Shown: positions 1 to 23,875 of the stretch, piece by piece
Position numbering within the stretch: position 1 is the first letter of the stretch
How the letters are laid out: each line of letters opens with the position of its first letter
Assembly (NCBI GenBank): GCA_964016885.1
Contig: CAXHJY010000306.1
Coordinates: 1 to 64,000, forward strand
Direction of reading: 5' to 3'
Source: Eledone cirrhosa
Lineage: Eukaryota
Length of the DNA stretch: 64,000 nucleotides
Notes under the pieces: generated by a model
What the model was told of the DNA's origin: nothing
Databases searched by the model: none
The model's input: only the letters and a program-made list of their open reading frames with translations
Made by a program: the position numbers and the translations under genes

Positions 1-278
1 TAAGAGAGTGGGACTGGCTTTGTGCAGTGCCTTTGCTCACTATAAAGCTTCACGGCACAGGCATTGCTTTATATCTGGAGATCTCTCTGCATTTGTCGTC
101 ACATGGTACCATGGGCCCAGCACTATGTGTCAATAATTGTCACAAGTGTAGTGTTTGTACCAGAGCTTTCAAGTCGCTGGCTGGACTAAAAAGTCACACT
201 CGTTCAGCGGCATCAGTAGGGGTTCTCCTACATGGATATAAAGTAGTGGCCGTACTCGAAAACGAGTTGGCAGCCACC
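1..278 (+). mobile_element. Non-autonomous RTE-derived element, copy 1 (cut by window edge)
   Basis: Near-identical to 14053-14331. Encodes a remnant C2H2-like finger ([19 protein letters not shown]). Ends in the stem-loop GTGGC..CTCG-AAAA-CGAG..GCCAC followed directly by (AT)n. Confidence 0.8.
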
Positions 279-3521
<3,243 letters not shown>

Positions 3522-3674
3522 TTCTAGGAGAAGGAAAACTCTGATATAACACCTGCAACTCTGATGGTATCCAATGATGTTGACTTGTTCTTCTTTTTGG
3601 TAAATATCATCTTGGTTAAGAGAGTGGGACTGGCTTTGTGCAGTGCCTTTGCTCACTATAAAAGCTTCACGGCA
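3522..3674 (+). mobile_element. RTE-derived element, partial copy 2 (truncated at both ends)
   Basis: Matches 3761-3913 at offset 239; starts at the same TTCTAGGAGAAGG point. Confidence 0.85.
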
Positions 3675-3686
3675 TATATATATATG

Positions 3687-3717
<31 letters not shown>

Positions 3718-3760
3718 GTATATATAATATATATGTATATATATATATATGTATATATAT

Positions 3761-4131
3761 TTCTAGGAGAAGGAAAACTCTGATATAACACCTGCAACTC
3801 TGATGGTATCCAATGATGTTGACTTGTTCTTCTTTTTGGTAAATATCATCTTGGTTAAGAGAGTGGGACTGGCTTTGTGCAGTGCCTTTGCTCACTATAA
3901 AAGCTTCACGGCACAGGCATTGCTTTATATCTGGAGATCTCTCTGCACTTGTCGTCACATGGTACCATGGGCCTAGCACTATGGGTCAATAATTGTCACA
4001 AGTGTAGTGTTTGTACCAGAGTTTTCAAGTCGCTGGCTGGACTAAAGTCACATTCGTTCAGCGCATCGGTAGGAGTTCTCCTACATGGATATAAAGTAGT
4101 GGCCATACTCGAAAACGAGTTGGCAGCCACC
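3761..4131 (+). mobile_element. RTE-derived element, copy 3 (5'-truncated)
   Basis: Matches 13959-14331 with few substitutions; same 3' stem-loop and AT tail. Confidence 0.85.
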
Positions 4132-13723
<9,592 letters not shown>

Positions 13724-14331
13724 GTCAGGTCACCAGTTGGTGCTACTGGTAACATGTATCCCAGTACAACCTGTCTCATGGTCGGGTCGTTGGCGACTAA
13801 ACTGGCAACCCCACCAAGGTTTCTTGGTGAGGAGGGTGACTTTGGACATCCTGCAGGACTAAAAACAAAACCTGTCAAAGGGCAAAGGAGCTCTTAAGAG
13901 TCAATGGCAATCCAAAATCACTGGGAGAGATGACCCCTTAGCCTTTGTCAAGGCAGAATTCTAGGAGAAGGAAAACTCTGATATAACACCTGCAACCCTG
14001 ATGGTATCCAATGATGTTGACTTGTTCTTCTTTTTGGTAAATATCATCTTGGTTAAGAGAGTGGGACTGGCTTTGTGCAGTGCCTTTGCTCACTATAAAA
14101 GCTTCACGGCACAGGCATTGCTTTATATCTGGAGATCTCTCTGCACTTGTCGTCACATGGTACCATGGGCCCAGCACTATGTGTCAATAATTGTCACAGG
14201 TGTAGTGTTTGTACCAAAGTTTTCAAGTCTCTGGCTAGACTAAAAAGTCACACTCGTTCAGCGCATCGGTAGGGGTTCTCCTACATGGATATAAAGTAGT
14301 GGCCGTACTCGAAAACGAGTTGGCAGCCACC
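13724..14331 (+). mobile_element. Longest copy (4) of the bipartite non-autonomous RTE-derived element, ~608 bp
   Basis: Structured 5' leader, then an RTE-5'UTR-like segment (CTAGGAGAAGGAAAACTCTG), a C2H2-finger remnant, a 3' stem-loop and an AT tail. No RT or EN coding sequence. Confidence 0.75.
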
Positions 14332-15233
<902 letters not shown>

Positions 15234-15234
<1 letters not shown>

Positions 15235-15379
15235 TCATCATCATCATCATCATCATCAGGTTTAGCGTCCGTGTTCCACGCTTGCATGGGTTTGGACGGG
15301 GGTTTTCCCACTTGAGGCAAGACCCATGCAAGCGTGGAACACGGACGCTAAACCTGATGATGATGATGATGATGATGAT
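15234..15379. repeat. Fold-back palindrome of an RTE LINE 3' tail
   Basis: 15234-15291 is the exact reverse complement of 15322-15379, including (TCA)8/(TGA)8. The left arm plus loop matches 62731-62819. Confidence 0.9.
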
Positions 15380-15396
15380 ATATATATACATACATA

Positions 15397-15429
<33 letters not shown>

Positions 15430-15504
15430 GTATATATGTATATATATATGTATATATATATGTATATATATATGTATATATATATGTATATATATATGTA
15501 TATA

Positions 15505-15575
<71 letters not shown>

Positions 15576-15576
15576 G

Positions 15577-15614
<38 letters not shown>

Positions 15615-15680
15615 TGTATATGTATGTATATATATATATATATATGTATGTATATATATATATATATATGTATATGTATG

Positions 15681-15713
<33 letters not shown>

Positions 15714-15774
15714 GTGTATATATATATGTATATATATGTGTATATATATGTATATATATATGTATATATATATG

Positions 15775-15809
<35 letters not shown>

Positions 15810-16034
15810 GTATATATATATGTATATATATATGTATATATATATGTATATATATATGTATATATATATATGTATATATATATATGTATATATATATATG
15901 TATATATATATATGTATATATATATGTATATATATATGTATATATATATGTATATATATATATGTATATATATATATGTATATATATATATGTATATATA
16001 TATATGTATATATATATATGTATATATATATATG

Positions 16035-16097
<63 letters not shown>

Positions 16098-16106
16098 GTA
16101 TATATG

Positions 16107-16153
<47 letters not shown>

Positions 16154-16178
16154 GTATATATGTATATATATATATATG

Positions 16179-16209
<31 letters not shown>

Positions 16210-16223
16210 GTATATGTATATAT
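15380..16223. repeat. (TA)nTG microsatellite array
   Basis: Seen directly. Confidence 0.97.
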
Positions 16224-19200
16224 AACAAACAAACAAATTAACAACACACCAAAACAATTAAAACCATCCACTCTCGCCTCTACATTTTTGCTTAACGCCC
16301 AAGGCATCAGCCCTTCCACCAATACTCAAAAATGGAAGATCAAATTCCTGGAGGACTGGATTGATGTCCATCCAAACCACATCCCTTTCTTCGTCCTCAC
16401 TGAAACCCATCTCAGTAACCTCCACTTGGAAGCCGAGGTGAAAGTGAAAAATTTAAAGCCATCCGTGCTGATCGCGCTGGCAGAAGAAAGGGCGGAACTG
16501 CCATTTATGTCCATAATTCTTTCTCAACAGAGGCTATGAACATATTCACTAATGGATACTGTGAAGCAGTCACTGTATTCAGTCAAACCAACAACCTATT
16601 AGTAGTTGGGCTCTATAGGCCACCCCAAACGCCTGTACCATGCTTCAAGGAATGCCTCAACAGCATAAAGTGTTTCATCCAAGAGTGTCACCCTGACAAC
16701 ATCTTAATGATGGGGGACTTCAACCTCCCCAGAGTTGACTGGTCCACAAACAGCCTGCCACCAGGTTCTTCTGCCTCAACCTCTGACAGGGAAGCTGTGG
16801 AATCGCTTCTTGACTTCATGGATGATTTCTTCCTATCCCAACTGGTGCTCGAACCAACGAGGTGCCACAAAAACGTCCTAGACTTAATTTTCAGCAATCA
16901 CACTGACAATATCCACAATATTGCAGTGGAGAAAACTCTACTCTCTGATCATGACATGGTTCTCTGTGATCTGAGATTCCACCGTCCAATATACAAACCC
17001 AATGTCATCTCTCCTGTCCATCCGTTTGACGCTATGGATTTCCACAATGCAAACTGGGAAGCGATCAGTCATGATCTTGCACATGTCGACTGGTCCTTCA
17101 CGCACACTCATACACCCACTAACATCAAAAAGTCCTGGCAGACATTTGTGGACACTGTTACAAACATATGTGCTAAACACACCCCATTAAGAACTATAAA
17201 CAAATCTAAGAGCAGAATCCCTAGAAATAGAAAAACGCTCATCAGAAAAATTAAGAGAACGAACAAAAAAATCAACAAGCTGAAATACTGTCAGCAGCAA
17301 CACATCAACTTGACTGCCATTTCATCACTAGAGATTAAAAAACATAACCTCCAAAACAACATAATGTCCCTCATCAACAATCAGAGAAGAGCTGAAGAGG
17401 CCTGGGCCATTGAGAAGATCAAACTCAATCCCAAAGTGTTCTTTTCATTTGCAAAAAAACACAAAATCACTGGCTCTACTGTTGGCCCTCTAATTGATGA
17501 AAATGGCACTCTTCAAGACAATGCTAAAACCATGGGTGAGATACTGCAGAAACAATACTGCTCTGTTTTCAGCAATCCTGATATGGCCGATCTGGGCTGT
17601 ATCGGCGATGTTACTCCCCATTACACCTTATCGGACATAACGTTTGGCGCCCCTGATGTCTTGGCGGCAATAAAGGAAATCAAGCATAATTCAGCAGTAG
17701 GTCCCGATAGGTTCCCTGCTTGTGTCTTGAAGGCGTGTCAACACCAACTTGCATCTCCTCTTGCCAATCTGTGGCGGAACTCACTGGATGCTGGATATGT
17801 GCCAGAAAACCTATCCCAGTCTGTTGTCCCAGTTTTCAAAAAGGGAAACAAATCCCTTGCCGTGAATTACCGTCCAATCTCACTCACCTCTCATATCATT
17901 AAGGTATTTGAGAGAGTGGTGAGATCGCGAATGACCCACTTCCTTGAGAGTAACAATATGCTGAACTCCAACCAGCATGGATTCCGTAATGGAAGGGATT
18001 GCCTGACGCAGCTACTGCATCACTTTGATGACATTTTGAGAGCCTTGGGAGAGGGTTCCAACACTGATGTTATCTATCTTGATTTCAGCAAGGCCTTTGA
18101 CAGGGTTGATCATAACATTCTACTGAGAAAGCTGTCCAATATTGGTGTCACTGGAAAGCTGCTGCAGTGGATCAAGAGCTTCCTGTCAAACAGAACCCAA
18201 CATGTTGTAGTTGAGGGAGTCAAATCAAGCCCAGCCAAAGTCAGTAGTGGGGTCCCACAAGGCACTGTGTTGGGCCCACTTCTCTTCATCATCTATATTA
18301 ATGACATCACTGACATCATCAAACACAGCAACATTAAAATTTTCGCTGATGATTCCAAGCTCCAAAAGGTCATCAATGGCGTGGATGACCGGATAAGCCT
18401 TCAGTCAGACCTACTGGCTGTTACCCAATGGGCAGAAAAGAACAACATGTTACTGAACGAAGACAAATTCGAACTGATCCACTTTGGAAAAGAGGATGCT
18501 CTGAAACTCCCGTACTCCCTTCCCTCCGGGGAAACTCTCGTGGCATCTAACAACATCAGAGACTTGGGAGTAACCGTGGACAGCAACATAAGCTGGACCA
18601 CGCATATAAGCAGCAAAGTTGACATGGCCCGCAGAATGTGTTCCTGGATCCTCAGAACCTTCCAGTCGAGAGATTCCCGCACCATTATCCTTCTCTTCTC
18701 TACTTTTGCCCGACCACACCTTGAATACTGTTGTCCACTGTGGTCTCCCCACACGAAACAAAGTATCATGAAACTTGAAGCTCCTCAAAGGGCAATCACG
18801 AAAAAGATAGATGGCATGTCAGACCTTGACTACTGGGGTCGATTAGAAAACCTGAAACTTTACTCACTCCAACGTCGCCGTGAGCGTTATATTATCTGCA
18901 TGATGTGGAAAATGTTCCATCATCACTGCCCAAATGATGTTGGCATCGCCTTCAAGATACACCCAAGGCTTGGGCCCCGTGCTATCCGTCCCATTCAAAA
19001 ATCTAAATCGCAACTCATAACAACAATACGGCACAATTATTTCACCTCAATCGGCCCTGCTCTCTTCAACATCACACCAGGACACGTCAAAACAGAAACT
19101 GACCACACAAAATTCAAGAAGTCTTTGGACAAATTCCTCCAAGTAATCCCGGACAAACCACCCACACCCGGATATGTCTCCGCAAACAGTAATTCTCTTC

Positions 19201-19317
19201 TCGAATGGGCCATGGTGCCCAAATCCTGAATTGAAAGACTTCGCCAGGTGGTGCTATTAAGTTAGACATGGCCTGGGCCAATACTGGCCAAAACATTTCA
19301 AAGTTATTCAAAGTTAT
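16224..19317 (+). mobile_element. Young CR1/L2-like non-LTR retrotransposon (APE endonuclease + RT), 5'-truncated just before the APE domain, inserted in a TA array
   Basis: APE motifs [41 protein letters not shown], plus RT motifs (next feature). 3' UTR has the hairpin GGCCA-ATAC-TGGCC and a terminal (TTCAAAGTTA)2. Confidence 0.9.
16536..19229 (+). CDS. LINE ORF2 protein (C-terminal part of APE + reverse transcriptase), 897 aa; the reading frame extends upstream to ~16224 across one -1 frameshift at ~16452
   Basis: [63 protein letters not shown]. No internal stops. Confidence 0.93.
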   Translation: MNIFTNGYCEAVTVFSQTNNLLVVGLYRPPQTPVPCFKECLNSIKCFIQECHPDNILMMGDFNLPRVDWSTNSLPPGSSASTSDREAVESLLDFMDDFFLSQLVLEPTRCHKNVLDLIFSNHTDNIHNIAVEKTLLSDHDMVLCDLRFHRPIYKPNVISPVHPFDAMDFHNANWEAISHDLAHVDWSFTHTHTPTNIKKSWQTFVDTVTNICAKHTPLRTINKSKSRIPRNRKTLIRKIKRTNKKINKLKYCQQQHINLTAISSLEIKKHNLQNNIMSLINNQRRAEEAWAIEKIKLNPKVFFSFAKKHKITGSTVGPLIDENGTLQDNAKTMGEILQKQYCSVFSNPDMADLGCIGDVTPHYTLSDITFGAPDVLAAIKEIKHNSAVGPDRFPACVLKACQHQLASPLANLWRNSLDAGYVPENLSQSVVPVFKKGNKSLAVNYRPISLTSHIIKVFERVVRSRMTHFLESNNMLNSNQHGFRNGRDCLTQLLHHFDDILRALGEGSNTDVIYLDFSKAFDRVDHNILLRKLSNIGVTGKLLQWIKSFLSNRTQHVVVEGVKSSPAKVSSGVPQGTVLGPLLFIIYINDITDIIKHSNIKIFADDSKLQKVINGVDDRISLQSDLLAVTQWAEKNNMLLNEDKFELIHFGKEDALKLPYSLPSGETLVASNNIRDLGVTVDSNISWTTHISSKVDMARRMCSWILRTFQSRDSRTIILLFSTFARPHLEYCCPLWSPHTKQSIMKLEAPQRAITKKIDGMSDLDYWGRLENLKLYSLQRRRERYIICMMWKMFHHHCPNDVGIAFKIHPRLGPRAIRPIQKSKSQLITTIRHNYFTSIGPALFNITPGHVKTETDHTKFKKSLDKFLQVIPDKPPTPGYVSANSNSLLEWAMVPKS

Positions 19318-19545
<228 letters not shown>

Positions 19546-19759
19546 TTCGTTTCTGAATTTGTTTAGCAAGATTCTTTATCTGAAATCGTGTGTTGAAACC
19601 GATATTGTTATACTTTGGGAGCGTCATGTTGCCAATAAGAAACACACGCACCAGTTGCTTTCACTTCAATTTATTATATATTTATAAATTTACAAATCTA
19701 CAAACTTATAAATTTCTGGTTGGTTGGTTGGTTCCACAACCAGATAGTTGTTTATATAT

Positions 19760-19804
19760 AGTCATAGTCCTTTCGTCACACACTCTGTGACCTCTTCAGT
19801 GACT
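19760..19804 (-). ncRNA. Minimal type I hammerhead ribozyme (PLE-associated)
   Basis: Minus strand reads AGTCA-CTGAAGA-G-GTCACA(GAGTG)TGTGAC-GAAA-GGAC-TA-TGACT: perfect 5-bp stem I, canonical core, 6-bp stem II, minimal stem III, UA cleavage site. Confidence 0.85.
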
Positions 19805-19889
19805 GGGGATTCCTTTCTTTGTTTCTGTGCCTTTCCTTTCTTCTGTCCTACGCCATTTTGTTTCTGTGTGTGTGTTGTGTGCTCAGTTT

Positions 19890-19908
19890 GCGCATGCGCC
19901 ACATCCGG
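19890..19908 (-). promoter_or_regulatory. Candidate pLTR promoter: NRF1/EWG-type palindrome next to an ETS-type site
   Basis: GCGCATGCGC at 19890-19899 and CCGGATGT (minus) at 19901-19908, ~90 nt upstream of the hammerhead. Motif match only. Confidence 0.35.
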
Positions 19909-20008
19909 GTGTCTGTGTGTGTTTGTGCTCATTTATCTATTTGTTTATTTATTTACATGTTGTTGGTTGGTTGTTTGTTCTATGTATGTGTGTGTTTTCA
20001 TTTTGTCC

Positions 20009-20902
20009 TTAATTGTAAGTTGTGATGTTGCTGTTCCACTCATATTTTCTATTTAATTTTGGTTGTAATTCTTTTATGCTTACTGCCTCTGTAATTTGCC
20101 TAAACATTGCATCTTTTCTGTGTGTGGATTCTATTTTTATTTCTATGTTCTCTAATTTACCCTTGTGTTCTATCTTAGCATGTTGGTAGAGTACAGATGA
20201 TTCTTTATTATCTTGAAGGTCTCGCCAGTGTTCATTTATCCGTTCCCCTATACTACGAGCTGTCTCACCTATGTACACTATATTTTTGTTTCTACATTGT
20301 CCTTCAGTACATCTTATGCTATACACTACATTTCTAGTTTTACAGTTAATATGGGGGCTTATTTTACAGGTTATACATTTCTTATCTATACATGAGGGTC
20401 TTTGGAACGGGTATGTCTTGCTAATAAGTGTTTTTACGGAGGTACCTGGTCTTTCTACTATCTTAATATTGAGTTTATGTTTATTTAGGGCCCTTCTAAA
20501 TTTGTAGGCTAGTTCGCCTCTAGGGGTTGTATTGATGAACATTACACTCTGGTATTTATTGCTATCATACCATGAGTTTATTCTATTGGCCTTGTTCCTA
20601 GTTCTTTCTATTCTATTCCAAAATTTGCTCCTATACAAGGGGCAGGTCCCATTTATGTCATTATTTACCATTTTTTCCCATTTGGTTCTGGCTCCTCTAT
20701 ACACTCTGATTCTATCTCTCTGATTGTAGCCAGAGAACTGCATATGGTGGATGAAGTGTTGTATGTGTCTCTCTAGTTCTTCGGGGTTGCACATGCGGGA
20801 CACATTTCTCATCACCCGTACCAAATCCGCAATCAGTATGTTGATTTTGGTATGGTCCGAAATGGCCGAGTTTCGGTGGATCAGATGTTTGGAAGTCATG
20901 GG
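20009..20902 (-). CDS. PLE ORF C-terminus: RT thumb, Cys-rich linker and GIY-YIG endonuclease (RT core absent)
   Basis: Thumb PMTSKHLIHRNSAISDHTKINILIADLVRVMRN...FSGY; CIDKKCITC..C linker; NVVYSIRC..C..VYIGETARSIGERINEH; RQITEAVSIKELQPKLN. The N-terminal ~43 aa of the tracked ORF (to 21031) is read-through into the inverted segment. Confidence 0.88.
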   Translation of the reverse strand, partial: PMTSKHLIHRNSAISDHTKINILIADLVRVMRNVSRMCNPEELERHIQHFIHHMQFSGYNQRDRIRVYRGARTKWEKMVNNDINGTCPLYRSKFWNRIERTRNKANRINSWYDSNKYQSVMFINTTPRGELAYKFRRALNKHKLNIKIVERPGTSVKTLISKTYPFQRPSCIDKKCITCKISPHINCKTRNVVYSIRCTEGQCRNKNIVYIGETARSIGERINEHWRDLQDNKESSVLYQHAKIEHKGKLENIEIKIESTHRKDAMFRQITEAVSIKELQPKLNRKYEWNSNITTYN

Positions 20903-21230
20903 TAGATAACAACATTGAGCCAGTGGAAAGAGACAGGAGTAATTATGAGAGACATAGAAACAACCATGAGGCTGTTGGTGGAAATAAATAGAAACAACAC
21001 AACTAACAATAACAATAGCACTAGTACACATAAAGCAGCAACTTGGAACTCTCCGTTTTATAACCCCTCCGAAAAATCATTCGACCTGCGACGAGTCCAC
21101 GCCACGACTTTACCATTTAACAAACGCACGCAGTTGCCGTCGCAGGTCGATGAACAAACAGAAGCACAATTTAGTATAGCTAAACACATATATATAGTTT
21201 ATCATACAACACAACAGGAGGAAAATATAA

Positions 21231-21275
21231 CACCACTGACGATGTTGCAGATGTGCAACGAAAGATTTGATGATG
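21231..21275 (+). ncRNA. Degenerate minimal type I hammerhead in the inverted pLTR
   Basis: CACCA-CTGACGA-T-GTTGCA(GATG)TGCAAC-GAAA-GATT-T-GA-TGATG. Core and stem II are intact; the cleavage site and stem I are imperfect. Confidence 0.65.
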
Positions 21276-21470
21276 ATATGTGTTTGTGTCTATATTGTAT
21301 CTGTATTATTTTTGACCGTCGGTCAGTTAATGGCAACATTGAGGACCGAGTAAGTTAGATTACAGATATAAAAGACAGCGAGAAGCGAAAACCAACCAAA
21401 CAGTGAGTGTGTTCTGTTATTAATTCTGGCAATATTACACAAATATGACCCTCCCCAAGTATAACAATAT

Positions 21471-21607
21471 ATTCATATATATATATATATATATTCATAT
21501 ATATATATATTCATATATATATATATATTCATATATATTCATATATATATATATATTCATATATATATATATATTCATATATATATATTCATATATATAT
21601 ATATATA

Positions 21608-21653
<46 letters not shown>
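21471..21653. repeat. (TA)nTTCA variant microsatellite
   Basis: Seen directly. Confidence 0.95.
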
Positions 21654-21656
<3 letters not shown>

Positions 21657-22000
21657 GAGGCACATGTCTTAGTGGTTAGAGCATTGGGCTTGCAATCGAA
21701 AGGTTGTAAGTTCAATCTTCAGACCGGGTGATGTGTTGTTTCCTTGAGCAGGACACTTTATTTCACATTGCTCCAGTTTACTCAGCTGTAGAAATAAGAT
21801 GATAGGACTGGGGGTCCCTATCATTCCACTGCAAAGTGGTGCTGGAGGTGCCACACCAAAAAAAGCACCCAGCACTCACTGTTAATGAGGTTGGTGTTAG
21901 GAAGGGCATCCAGCTGTAAAAATCAAGCCAGAATCAATTCCCGTCCCACCCGTGCAAGCAGGGAAAAAGCGGACGTAAAAATGAAATGAAATGAAATGAA
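21654..22000 (+). mobile_element. tRNA-derived SINE with RTE-type 3' tail
   Basis: A-box-like TGTCTTAGTGG, B-box-like GTTCAATC, core CCTTGAGCAGGACAC. 3' part matches the RTE 3' UTR (GGAAGGGCATCCAGC, GCAAGCA..GGACGTAAAA) and ends in (ATGAA)n. Confidence 0.8.
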
Positions 22001-22504
22001 TAGTCCTTTCCAAGCCACCATGGAATAAAAAACGTAAATATGACTATATATATATATAAATATATGAGAGAGAGAGAGAGAGAGAGGGTGGGGAAGGCAT
22101 AGGCAGTTTAATATATTTATTAATATAGGAATTTATGAATGGTGACCTATTACTTTCAGTATTTGTACGAAGTAACATATTTCTTTTACCCTTTCTTCAT
22201 GATGAATGGAATATACATATAGGTAAATATATTCCATATATCAATTTCTTTTCTTTCTTTTCTCTCAAATCATCACTTTCTTTAATATTATATTAGTAGT
22301 GTAAAGAAAGCAGTTGTCTTGAGTAGTATTGAAAAAATTGAAATGCGTATGTCCCAACACAAATGATCATAATAATAGCATGTTTCTATAAAAATAATGG
22401 TAAAGAAGGAAAAATATGGACGAGGGCATCTGCAAAGGATTTGTTGTGTTTGATCAATGTTATGAATCGTTTTAGCCAAAATGCAGCCATAGTGAATTAT
22501 AATG

Positions 22505-22665
22505 GTATCTGTCTGTCATCACCTTTGTGCAGTTCAGCATCTCGAGATCAATTTTTGCTACTTCTGTCCATGTCATCCTTGGTCTTACTCTTCCATTTGT
22601 GTGGATTTCTATTTCTTCTTTACCCAACTATCATCACCTGTACATATTACATGTCTGTATCAGCA
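22505..22665 (-). mobile_element. Old RTE LINE 3' ORF fragment
   Basis: Minus strand resembles the DDSWVKK...GRPRxTW region of the RTE at 26480-26620. Confidence 0.5.
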
Positions 22666-22719
22666 TACATTTTAGGAGACATGTACCTTTATATATCTTC
22701 CTAAACCCCCCCCCAAGTC

Positions 22720-22942
22720 TGGAGGCTCATCAGGCCAGTGCTTATCCAGGTTTCATTAGCATTAAGCCAATGAGAGTATGTTCCCCACTGGACAAGATGT
22801 AAGTCCATAGTAGGGTTAACCCTCAGCTGAGTACTGGAGTGATGTGAAATGAAGTGAACACAATTCATCACTTGGCCCAGGTATCAGACCAACAATATTA
22901 TGATTATATGTTCAACACTAACCATAGGCCATGTACCTTCAC
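22720..22942 (-). mobile_element. Degraded tRNA-derived SINE
   Basis: Similar to 35340-35530 and to the reverse-complemented heads at 40380-40478 and 21654. Confidence 0.55.
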
Positions 22943-23875
22943 ATATCCTGATGATATAGTGATTCTTTATGTGAGATTTAATGGCAGCAGGGGTTACATG
23001 AAGGAATCAGAAATATACTCAATAGAAGGCTTCTCCATTAACCAGATAAAAACTTCTTTTTCCAAAATGTCTTCACCACAAAATATTCTCATATATTATA
23101 TTAGAGTAATATTTATAGATTTAATCTTATATTTGCAGTAAATATCCCAGGGAGAGAGAGATAGAGAGAGATTTCTCTTTCATCAATGTATCACATCACA
23201 AGAAAAAGTTTTTATAATTCTAACAAACCATTTGACAAAATATAGACCAGCTGGCTTCCATCCAAACATTAGCTACTCTAGTCTCTTTGTCATCTCAGTT
23301 TATGAAACACTAACATTTAAATTTTCCTGACTCCCCAATGATTTATTTTTACAGCAATACCTTTTAATAATTCAGTTTTTCAGTTTCTCTTTTTATCGAT
23401 AAGCCCTTTGTCTCTGAATTCACTTGACCTTATTTTATTTTATTTTTTTTTTATTCCACCTTGAATTCCTTTACAGACTACTTTGACTTATTTCTGTTCC
23501 ATGTTTATATTATCTTGTTGCTGACTAAAAACTTGATTTCCGGACTGTTTTTGATGAATTCCTCAATTTCTGAAATATCATTCAGTAAACAATTGGTGAC
23601 CATTTCTGGTAAAGGGTGTTTTGTAAAAAGGTCCTTAGGTTTTTACATAATATAGAAAAGAAAAGAGCCAATTCTCTAGATTGAATTATTTCTATTACCG
23701 AAACTATCTATTGGTTGCAACTCCTGACTAAAGCATCAGTGTTTTTTCAGTAATAGGAATTCCACCTGACATTTCTTTTCCCAGCAATCACCATCTATGC
23801 ATGTGTCCATATCCCAGTGCACTCTTCTCTCTTGCACACTACATTTGATATTTCTTAAACGCTATCCTGTTTTTC

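Larger units (their letters stand above)
19546..21470 (-). mobile_element. Penelope-like element (PLE): 5'-truncated ORF + pseudo-LTR, joined at ~20903 to an inverted pLTR of a related family
   Basis: GIY-YIG ORF, two hammerhead motifs in opposite orientation, and an inverted 26-nt ORF-start match at 19602-19627 / 21445-21470. Confidence 0.85.

Noticed and set aside
13938-14243. 79-80 aa ORFs on both strands, also seen at 3.6-4.0 kb and 55.2-55.5 kb
   Set aside because: They recur only because the element copies are near-identical; no domain is recognisable.
20915-21358. 147-aa plus-strand ORF
   Set aside because: It runs through the hairpin and hammerhead of the inverted pLTR and shows no protein motif.
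21654-21730. tRNA gene
   Set aside because: The cloverleaf is degenerate and continues into a SINE core and LINE-type tail.
22950-23830. Possible exon or L1/Tx1-like remnant on the minus strand
   Set aside because: Many stops and no diagnostic motif; cannot be assigned by eye.
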